Shown: positions 1 through 9,307 of the stretch, in pieces
Numbering within the stretch: the stretch's first letter is position 1
How the letters are laid out: every line of letters starts with the position of its first letter
Assembly (NCBI GenBank): GCA_030141605.1
Contig: JAQGDQ010002035.1
Location: forward strand, 1 to 17,305
DNA: 17,305 nucleotides
Reading direction: 5' to 3'
Source: Tubiluchus corallicola
Taxonomy: Eukaryota > Animalia > Priapulida
Made by a program: the position numbers and the translations under genes
The notes under the pieces: generated by a model
Told to the model about the DNA's origin: nothing
Database searches by the model: none
The model's input: the letters and a program-made list of their open reading frames with translations, nothing else

Positions 1-3000
1 ATGCAGAATTGGGGTATCTAGTAGGACCATGCAGAATTGGGGTATCTAGTAGGACCATGCAGAATTGGGGTATCTAGTAGGACCATGCAGAGTTGTGTAT
101 CTAGTAGGACCATGCAGAATTGGGGTATCTGGTAGGACCATGCAGAGTTGGGGTATCTAGTAGGACCATGCAGAGTTGCGGTATCTAGTAGGACCATGCC
201 TACTAGGCATATCTAGTAGGACCATGCAGAATTGGGGTATCTAGTAGGGCCATGCTTAGTAGGCATATCTAGTAGGACCATACAGAATTGGGGTATCTAG
301 TAGGACCATGCAGAATTGGGGTATCTAGTAGGACCATGCAGAGTTGGGGTATCTAGTAGGACCATGCAGAGTTGGGGTATCTAGTAGGACCATGCAGAAT
401 TGGGGTATCTAGTAGGACCATGCAGAATTGGGGTATCTAGTAGGACCATGCAGAATTGGGGTATCTAGTAGGACCATGCAGAGTTGGGGTATCTAGTAGG
501 ACCATGCAGAGTTGGGGTATCTAGTAGGACCATGCAGAGTTGGGGTATCTAGTAGGAACATGCAGAGTTGGGGTATCTAGTAGAACCATGCAGAGTTGGG
601 GTATCTAGTAGGACCATGCAGAGTTGGGTATCTAGTAGGACCATGCCTAGTAGGCAAATCTAGTAGGACCATGCAGAATTGGGTATCTAGTAGGACCATG
701 CAGAGTAGGGGTATCTAGTAGGACCATACAGAATTGGGGTATCTAGTAGGACCATGCAGAATTGGGGTATCTAGTAGGACCATGCAGAATTGGGGTATCT
801 AGTAGGACCATGCAGAATTGGGGTATCTAGTAGGACCATGCAGAGTTGTGTATCTAGTAGGACCATGCAGATTGGGGTTCTAGTAGGACCATGCGATTGG
901 GTATCTAGTAGGACCATCAGATTGGTATCTAGTAGGACCATGCAGAGTTGGGGTATCTAGTAGGACCATGCAGAATTGGGGTATCTAGTAGGACCATGCA
1001 GAATTGGGGTATCTAGTAGGACCATGCAGAGTTGGGGTATCTAGTAGGACCATGCAGAATTGGGGTATCTAGTAGGACCATGCCTAGTAGGCATATCTAG
1101 TAGGACCATGCAGAATTGGGGTATCTAGTAGGACCATGCAGAATTGGGGTATCTAGTAGGACCATGCAGAGTTGTGTATCTAGTAGGACCATGCAGAATT
1201 GGGGTATCTGGTAGGACCATGCAGAGTTGGGGTATCTAGTAGGACCATGCAGAATTGGGGTATCTAGTAGGACCATGCAGAATTGGGGTATCTAGTAGGA
1301 CCATGCAGAGTTGGGGTATCTAGTAGAACCACACAGAGTTGGGGTATCTAGTAGGACCATGCAGAGTTGGGGTATCTAGTAGGACCGTGCAGAGTTGGGT
1401 ATCTAGTAGGACCATGCAGAATTGGGGTATCTAGTAGGACCATGCAGAATTGGGGTATCTAGTAGGACCATGCAGAGTTGGGGTATCTAGTAGGACCATG
1501 CAGAATTGGGGTATCTAGTAGGACCATGCAGAATTGGGGTATCTAGTAGGACCATGCAGAATTGGGGTATCTAGTAGGACCATGCAGATTGTTTTTGCTA
1601 TAGGCATATCTAGTAGGACCATGCAGAATTGGGGTATCTAGTAGGACCATGCCATAGAATTGGGGTATCTAGTAGGACCATGCAGAGTTGGGGTATCTAG
1701 TAGGACCATGCAGAGTTGGGTATCTAGTAGGACAATGCAGAATTGGGGTATCTAGTAGGACCATGCCTAGTAGGCATATGTAGTAGGACCATGCAGAATT
1801 GGGGTATCTAGTAGGACCATGCAGAGTTGGGTATCTAGTAGGACCATGCAGAGTTGCAGTATCTAGTAGGACCATGCAGAGTTGGGGTATCTAGTAGGAC
1901 CATGCCTACTAGGCATATCTAGTAGGACCATGCAGAATTGGGGTATCTAATAAGACCCTGCAGAATTGGGGTATCTAATAGGACCATGCAGAATAGGGGT
2001 ATCTAGTAGGACCATGCAGAATTGGGGTATCTAGTAGGACCATGCAGAGTTGGGGTATCTAGTAGGACCATGCAGATGGTATCTAGTAGGACCTGCAGAG
2101 TTGGGTATCTAGTAGGACCATGCAGAATTGGGGTATCTAGTAGGACCATGCAGAATTGGGGTATCTAGTAGGACCATGCAGATTGGGTATCTAGTAGGAC
2201 CATGCAGATTGGGGTCTAGTAGGACATGCAGAGTTGGGTATCTAGTAGGACCATGCAGAGTTGGGGTATCTAGTAGGACCATGCAGAATTGGGGTATCTA
2301 GTAGGACCAAGCAGAGTTGGGGTATCTAGTAGGACCAGGCAGAATTGGGGTATCTAGTAGGACCATGCCTAGTAGGCATATCTAGTAGGACCATGCAGAA
2401 TTGGGGTATCTAGTAGGACCATGCAGAATTGGGGTATCTAGTAGGACCATGCAGAGTTGGGGTATCTAGTAGGACCATGCAGAGTTGGGGTATCTAGTAG
2501 GACCAAGCAGAATTGGGGTATCTAGTCAAACCATGCCTAGTAGGCATATCTAGTAGGACCATGCAGAATTGGGGTATCTAGTAGGACCATGCCTAGTAGG
2601 ATCATGCAGAATTGGGGTATCTAGTAGGACCATGCAGAGTTGGGGTATCTAGTAGGACCATGCAGAGTTGGGGTATCTAGTAGGACAATGCAGAATTGGG
2701 GTATCTAGTAGGACCATGCCTAGTAGGCATATGTAGTAGGACCATGCAGAATTCGGGTATCTAGTAGAACCATGCAGAGTTGGGGTATCTAGTCGAACCA
2801 TGCAGAATTGGGGTATCTAGTAGGACCATGCAGAGTTGGGTATCTAGTAGGACCATGCAGAATTAAGGTATCTAGTATGACCATGCAGAGTTGGGGTATC
2901 TAGTAGGAACATGCAGAGTTGGGGTATCTAGTAGGACCATGCAGAATTGGGGTATCTAGTACGACCATGCAGAGTTGGGGTATCTAGTAGGACCATGCAG

Positions 3001-3208
3001 AATTGGGGTATCTAGTAGGACCATGCAGAGTAGGGGTATCTAGTAGGACCATGCAGAATTGGGGTATCTAGTAGGACCATGCAGAATTGGGGTATCTAGT
3101 AGGACCATGCAGAGTTGTGTATCTAGTAGGACCATGCAGAATTGGGGTATCTGGTAGGACCATGCAGAGTTGGGTATCTAGTAGGACCATGCAGAATTGG
3201 GGTATCTA
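1..3208. repeat. Tandem satellite with 28-bp unit ATGCAGA(A/G)TTGGGGTATCTAGTAGGACC, roughly 115 copies, running off the left edge
   Basis: Head-to-tail copies read directly, with no unique spacers. Variants include 27-bp GGG units and a 28-bp ATGCCTAGTAGGCATATCTAGTAGGACC unit. Confidence 0.97.
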
Positions 3209-3210
3209 AT

Positions 3211-3520
3211 TAAGTAAGTAAGTAAGGTAGGTAAGTAAGTAAGGTAAGTAAGTAAGGTAAGTAAGGTAAGTAAGTAAGGTAAGTAAGTAAGGTAAGTAAG
3301 TAAGGTAAGTAAGTAAGGTAAGTAAGTAAGGTAAGTAAGTAAGGTAAGTAAGTAAGGTAAGTAAGTAAGGTAAGTAAGTAAGGTAAGTAAGTAAGTAAGG
3401 TAAGTAAGTAAGGTAAGTAAGTAAGGTAAGTTAGTAAGGTAAGTTAGTAAGGTAAGTTAGTAAGGTAAGTTAGTAAGGTAAGTTAGTAAGGTAAGTTAGT
3501 AAGGTAAGTTAGTAAGTAAG
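3211..3520. repeat. Compound simple repeat: (TAAGTAAGTAAGG)n changing to (TAAGTTAGTAAGG)n
   Basis: 13-bp periodicity seen directly. The TTAG variant occurs at 3431, 3444, 3457, 3470, 3483, 3496 and 3509. Confidence 0.95.
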
Positions 3521-3545
3521 TTTATGACCCAAGGACGAAGGCTCA

Positions 3546-4818
3546 TGTAAGAAGCTACGTGACCTGGACATCTGGATGGTCATAAACCACCAAGTCACAA
3601 CGGGACCTTTGAGCTATGGTCCTATGGCGACACCTCGCGCGTTCGCGCGCAAAGCTACGAAGACTCCATTGGAGTATATAAGATGGTGTTGTGGAAGGGC
3701 TCGTGGTTAATCGTTAGTCGTCAGTCGTCAGTAATCGGTTGCGGACCACGTGAGTCGTGAGTCAGTTCGGGAGAGAGGAGATCAAGACTGGAGAGGCTAC
3801 AGGAACTCTGAGAGAAGCAAAGACATGTTAGACCCAGTGTAGATAACTATCTGCGTCCTCAAGGAATTGAGCACTGGATCTGCAAATAGAGTCTTGCAAC
3901 GGAATCGGAATTGACCAATTGAACGGTTGTCATTGGTCATTCCACCAAGTTAAGTGAACTTAACCTATCGTAACTTGAGAGCAACTCTGCATAGTAGCTT
4001 CATCACAATAATAGACACCTTAAGTGTGACGTGTAGTTGATTGTAATAATATGTTTCACATTGTAAATTAGCACCTTAAGTGCGAAGTGAGGAAATAGTT
4101 AAGGGAATCTGTTTAGTATCTCTGGGAGCTAATTATAAATTGTGAGCGTCTTTGGTGATTAGGATCATATATTGTAATTTAGCAAACTAAGAGTAATTGT
4201 TGTAAACAATAAACGGATTTTGCTTAATCATAAATGAATAGTTTGAGTATGCTTATAAGTGTCTCAGTTAAGCAACATTAAATTCTGTTAACGAATCTGA
4301 AGATTTGCTGTGTACATTAAGTAATTTACGAGTTCAATTGCGGGAACTTTTGCAAGAAAGCTTTAGATATTAAGACTCTTTCACAACGCGGAGTCGTAGA
4401 AACAATCTTGTGAGAAGAAATCATTGCTCTATAGATTTTATCTTAAGCTCTAGTAGCCGGGTTGTGAATAACCTTATAGCAATTAGTGTAATAGACGCAA
4501 ATCACTCCTTAAGTCTTAGGTCACGTTTTATACGATCACATGCAACAGATAAGAATCAATATTAATTAGGGAGATTAATATTGCATAATAAAGAGTGACC
4601 AGGTTTAATAATAACTGGTGAGCAGTGACTAAGATAAGAAAGTGATAACTGGTACTCGAGTCCATAATTATTAAGAAGGAGATTATACGTGGACCCAGAT
4701 TGGGAAATAATGGGTAGGACGTTTATGGTTGTATGACAACGTTAACCATATGAACTTTTCCTTAGCCAGGACCGAATTTGATTATTTTTCTGGCGAATAT
4801 TTCAGTTTGTTCCTTACA
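3546..4818 (+). mobile_element. Possible LTR or LTR-retrotransposon remnant; boundaries tentative
   Basis: Starts TGTAAG (3546) and a complementary CTTACA lies at 4813-4818. It has a CpG-richer 5' part, TATATAAG near 3675 followed by TCAGT initiator-like repeats near 3721-3732, and AATAAA near 4208. No TSD, primer-binding site or coding remnant was found. Confidence 0.3.
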
Positions 4819-4992
4819 GACCTAAGGCATTCTATTTATCTGTTTACATAACACAATCAAGTTTCTATATAATAAAAAAGTTTAAACAGCATTCAGCTTG
4901 CTACATTGTGACTCATAATGTGGACAATCATTAAATTTTGGATCAGGCGTACTTGCTAACTTGCGGCGCTCTGTTTATTTATTTGTGAAAAA

Positions 4993-4998
4993 TATAAA
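4993..4998 (+). promoter_or_regulatory. Candidate TATA box for protease copy 1
   Basis: TATAAA about 100 bp upstream of the ATGs at 5095 and 5104, with an initiator-like TCAGT at 5050-5054. The spacing between them is longer than canonical. Confidence 0.3.
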
Positions 4999-5094
4999 GG
5001 CATTTATTGAGAATTGGCGCTAACACAATACAAAAAACACTAAAACAGCTCAGTATGATCGGTGTTCAAGATTTTTTTTCTCTATTTTAAGAAT

Positions 5095-5934
5095 ATGGGA
5101 AACATGAGTAACTACATTCGCCGTCTGTTAGGTCTACTCATGCTTGTTACGTGGTTTATGGTGTGCCAGTCAAGAGAAATTCCTTTTCCGGATATAGATA
5201 TATCTCCAAGAATTATAGGCGGCGTAAACGCCGGACTAGGAGAATTTCCATACCAAGTTATGGTTGATTTTGATAAAAGACTCAGTTGTTGAGGGTTACT
5301 TATCAACGAAGAGTGGTTTTTATCAGCTGCACATTGCTTTCTCCAAACTATATCACCCACTACGAAAGGGAAGACCGTAAAAGTTTTCATTGGTAGCGTT
5401 GAACGTGAAAAAACTGTTCGATATCGATGGGTTGAAGATTATGTAACACATCCTAAGTACAATGGAGAATCTCTCCTTCATGACATTGCTCTTGTTAAAC
5501 TAAACCAGGGAATCAATTGTCAGAACATTGGCACCTGTGGACCTGCTATTTTACCAGTATGCAACAAGGGAAAGTACAAAGGCAAAATGGTAACACTCAC
5601 AGGCTGGGGTAGGACTAGTAAACTCAATATCAAACCAGATCCAGAGCCAGTAAGGATCCTTCAGAAAGTGACTTCACCAGTGACTATAGCCTCCATTCTC
5701 ACCATCCGAACAAACGAATCTTATGGTGGTGCCTGTGCAGGAGATTCTGGAGGTCCAATGACGTTGCTTGAAACTGGAGAAGTAATTGGAATCATTAGTC
5801 ATACTGGCCCAAATTGCGATGGTCCAACAATATGTACTAGGTTAGATAACTATTTGGATTGGATTCAATACGAGCAATTTTATTACTATGCAAAAGCTCA
5901 GAAAACTGCACCGTCATATATTACTCTCAAATAG
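5095..5934 (+). pseudogene. Intronless secreted chymotrypsin-family (S1A) serine protease with one in-frame TGA at 5290-5292 (nonsense allele, young pseudogene or base error)
   Basis: ORFs 5062 and 5587 share a frame and the sequence between them is open. It reads signal-like RRLLGLLMLVTWFMVCQS, activation site R|IIGG, GEFPYQV, C*G, LSAAHC (His 5332), HDIALVKL (Asp 5482), LPVC, TGWG, CAGDSGGP (Ser 5746), then TAG at 5932-5934. The start could be 5095 or 5104. Confidence 0.9.
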
Positions 5935-5971
5935 AGACATCAAAGTATTTTGCAATTTAGGATAAACCTAA

Positions 5972-5977
5972 AATAAA
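5972..5977 (+). promoter_or_regulatory. Candidate polyadenylation signal for protease copy 1 (alternative at 6103-6108)
   Basis: AATAAA about 40 nt after the stop with T-rich sequence downstream. The AT-rich background weakens this. Confidence 0.35.
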
Positions 5978-6665
5978 TTTAATCAAATAGCACTATTTAC
6001 ATTTTTCTAGCTGTGACACATTTGCTGTGGATCAGTTTTTTATTTTATTAATTTTTGTGTAATTTTTAACTATATGTGTGTTATTCTTATATATGATTAC
6101 TCAATAAATTATTAAAATGAAAATCTTCACGAAAGTACATGTAATGTTACATTAAGATTTAGGAACGGTCGTAACAGGTCATTTCAATGTGAAATTATAA
6201 GTGCATCAGAAAATCTCCACCAGTTATTTCACTCACTCACACAAACATAAATATTTAAATATTTAAGACAAATGATAGAATTAAGTTTTAAGTCTTAATC
6301 CTTTTTGCAAATGCTTGAATTGATAATTACTGAAAATATTTGTTAGTAACGGCACTACTAGACACCGCATTCAGACTAATACAACTTGATTTACTTCAAA
6401 TACCGAAATTAAACATTTACAAAAGTACTTTTATACAGAGTGATCCAAAAGATCCGAGATTTTAGAATAGTCTTTCAAATATTTTTTAAAAAGTTTAAAC
6501 AGCATTCCATTTACTACTTTGTGATTCGCAATACCCATAATCTTACAATGACTTTTGGAACAATAATCTACTCATGTCATTACCACTTAAGCCGACTTGC
6601 ATGAGACTGGTGCAGCATGAGCAGTGTTCAAGATATTTCATCAGAATTTCAAGAGTTCGGTCAAA

Positions 6666-7325
6666 ATGAGTGACTACATTCACCGTGTGTTAGGCCTAGT
6701 CGTGCTTGTTATGTGGTTTATAGTGTGTCAGTCAAAAGACAATCGAAGAAAATCCGGCGACATTCCTTTGCTGGATATAGATATATCACCAAGGATTATA
6801 GGTGGCACAGATGTCATTCAAGGAGAATTTCCATACCAAGTTATGATTGATTTTGATAAAAGATACATTTGTGGAGATACATTATCAATGAAGACTGGTT
6901 ACTATCAGCAGCACATTGCTTTGATAAGCATGTGGCTCATGTGCCTCATAATGGGAAAGGGCCGTTAATAAAAGTTTTTATTGGCAGTGTAGAATATGGA
7001 AAAACTGTTCATGATCGATGGGTTTTTGAGTATATAAAACATAAATATTATACTAACTCACATAACTTTTCATTACGACATTGCTCTTGTAAAATTGGAT
7101 AGGCAACTTGATTTTGCAGGCAGCTTCAACTTTTATGAGCCCGCTAATCTGCCAGTATGTAAAGGAATGAAATACGAAGGTAAAAGTGTTACGCTCACTG
7201 GTTGGGGAGCAATCAGCAAAACGGACATTGATACCGCTCACAAGGGCATCCTTCGGAAAGTTAGTTTGCCAATGACTCTAGCTACCAATCTTAAGATTCG
7301 TACAAATAAATTTTGTGGCAGTTAA
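6666..7325 (+). pseudogene. Second S1A serine protease paralog, with two frameshifts and a 3' truncation
   Basis: MSDYIHRVLGLVVLVMWFIVCQS...DIDISPRIIGG...GEFPYQVMIDFDKRYICG, a 1-nt loss near 6875-6880, IINEDWLLSAAHC..., a 1-nt gain near 7067-7076, DIALVKLD...LPVC...TGWG...KIRTNKFCGS* at 7323-7325. GDSGG is absent. It is collinear with copy 1. Confidence 0.92.
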
Positions 7326-7339
7326 AATTAAAATTATTT

Positions 7340-7380
7340 TAAGTAAGTAAGAGTAAGTAAGTAAGTAAGGTAAAAGTAAG
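7340..7380. repeat. Short (TAAG)n tract at the truncation point of protease copy 2
   Basis: TAAGTAAGTAAGAGTAAGTAAGTAAGTAAGGTAAAAGTAAG, the same motif as 3211-3520. Confidence 0.85.
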
Positions 7381-7795
7381 ATCTCAAATCTTTGCAATCT
7401 ATCAACCTCTAATCCTTAACGCATTAAATTCAAGGTACAAGCTGAGTTGAACGGTATAATCTTCGTTCAAGATCTAATCTGTTGTAATTAATCTAATTCC
7501 AAATTATTATCAATTAATTTCCTAATTTAAAATAAATTCATAACAGAAGCCTTCAAAGACAAAAGCTACAAGTGCTCGCCTATGAAATTTTATCTCATTT
7601 CATTCATAAATCGCTAAGGGTTCGAGGTGTCATTTTTTTAGAAGCGTTGTGGTTATTAGTATTTTCAGAGAACGTAAGGACTATTATTGCGCTCGAAGTT
7701 ACATATCTTTGGTTATGTATTACGAAAACTATAGAGAAGTATTGCAACAACAGTGCTACTTCCTATAGCGCCATCCAATTACGTTTGATATGCTT

Positions 7796-7877
7796 GGTAG
7801 CGTGGCCGAGCGGTCTAAGGCGCTGGTTTAAGGCACCAGTCTCTTCGGAGGCGTGGGTTCGAATCCCACCGCTGCCA
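7796..7877 (+). tRNA. tRNA-Leu-AAG: tRNA-Leu, anticodon AAG (eukaryotic nuclear type, long variable arm, no intron)
   Basis: 82 nt GGTAGCG...CGCTGCC-A. It has A box TGGCCGAGCGG, anticodon stem CTGGT/ACCAG with loop TT-AAG-GC (AAG at 7830-7832), variable arm CTC-TTCG-GAG and B box GGTTCGAATCC. Confidence 0.98.
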
Positions 7878-7881
7878 TACG

Positions 7882-7885
7882 TTTT
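7882..7885 (+). terminator. Pol III terminator (T4) for tRNA-Leu
   Basis: TTTT 4 nt after the discriminator base, with a T6 run near 7903 as a backup. Confidence 0.7.
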
Positions 7886-8202
7886 GCACTTAACAACCGC
7901 CATTTTTTCTTCTAAACCTATGCTTCTTACCTAAACTACAATAAACGTGATATAAGCCAAAGTGGTCTAATCCAATCTTTTCGAAAGCAGCAATGAATGT
8001 ACAAAGCAAGCAAGCATATTATTAAGACGTGCGAATCATGGAAACAATGGATGACTTTATTTCGTACATTTCTGAATAATAAAAAGGATAAAATTGTTCA
8101 ATATTGTTACCACTTTCATATAATTTAACTTGTACATAGAAAATCAGTAACCAATAAATTATAAATTCCTCAGAGAGACTGCAGTTCACATTATACAGAA
8201 TG

Positions 8203-8266
8203 TGCCAGTATGTAAAGGAATGAAATACGAAGGTAAAAGTGTTACGCTCACTGGTTGGGGAGCAAT
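8203..8266 (+). pseudogene. 64-bp fragment of protease copy 2 (PVCKGMKYEGKSVTLTGWGAI)
   Basis: Exact match to 7150-7213; flanks are unrelated to the protease. Confidence 0.92.
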
Positions 8267-9307
8267 TATTTAGTGATCGTCTTAAATGACAAAAACAAGA
8301 TACAGTGTATAGATATCTTCTAAATTACAGCAACGAGTCACATGGTGTTTAACGGGCAAAGCTATGCTTCCCCAAGCAGTGAAAAGAAACAAGACTCATT
8401 TCATTTAAAAAAAGTTCTGTCTATCTTGCCAAAGATACAACAATTTACACCAATAATAATACACTTACTGTACTAACAGAAGTTAGCGCGATAGTAATTT
8501 TTATGACAATTTATTTACTTCATAATATCTTAGAAATAAACAAAAATATTTATTTTCATGTATTGGTTCTCTTGCAGACAGCAAAGGCTGAAGTTCGATC
8601 CTGGTTACTGGGTTTGCCTCTTGAAAAGAAGTTCACAAAGTATTACAATAGTAAGCAAACTGACAGCGGCAACGTACACACACATTTCTCGAATACTTTC
8701 TATCACCAAATAACCAGTAAGCTACCGCCAATAATTTAATCTGCTATTATGTACCGTAGTTTGTTTAAAAATGTAACAAACCATGTTTCTGTGTTAAAAT
8801 AAGATATGTCATGCTTATGAGTCTAAATTGTAGTCTAAACTTTTCACAATTTATGGCAAACTCAATGAATTTGCCGCATTCCAATTACAAGCACGTTTGT
8901 TTGTAAAAATGTGTTATAAAGTTAACTTTGTAAACAAATTTCGGTAAGCAGGTTGTTCGCGAAAACAAAACAAAATTCTCCTGCAATGGCAAAAGAAACC
9001 AATCCAAAAATGAGCTAGCAGTAATGGCTAACGAAATAATAATAACATACGCCAAAAAATGATATTGGATACTAAAAATATCATCAGATTTTATTATTAA
9101 TTGGTCAAAAAACTAACACAGATTAGAGAATTTTCTCAGATTTAAAAAAACTGTTAAGGGGACAGTTTAATTGCCAGAGAAGACAAACACAATGAATAAA
9201 TAAACAACCCATAAAAATAAGGTATAAATTGCAAATACTTTTTGTTGGTACTGACTGATACCTGTTGGTCTACAATTAGCCTAAACACAATATAATCCAC
9301 ATATAAT

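Noticed and set aside
1669-1875. 68-aa minus-strand ORF
   Set aside because: It is a translation of satellite units.
1-3208. CRISPR array (28-bp repeats)
   Set aside because: The repeats are contiguous with no unique spacers, there are no cas genes, and the context is eukaryotic.
3211-3520. True telomere (TTAGG-like)
   Set aside because: It is internal and short, contains no TTAGG units, and the G-containing strand points toward unique sequence rather than an end.
5290-5292. Selenocysteine codon or TGA=Gly genetic code
   Set aside because: The position aligns to Gly rather than Cys, and I see no convincing SECIS in 5935-6130. TGA=Gly is known from certain bacteria, whereas this DNA is eukaryotic and the other Gly codons are GGN.
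5112-7241. Minus-strand ORFs 5112-5390 and 7053-7241
   Set aside because: They are antisense shadows of the protease frames.
7572-7934. 120-aa ORF
   Set aside because: It has a non-ATG start, runs through the tRNA gene and shows no recognisable domain.
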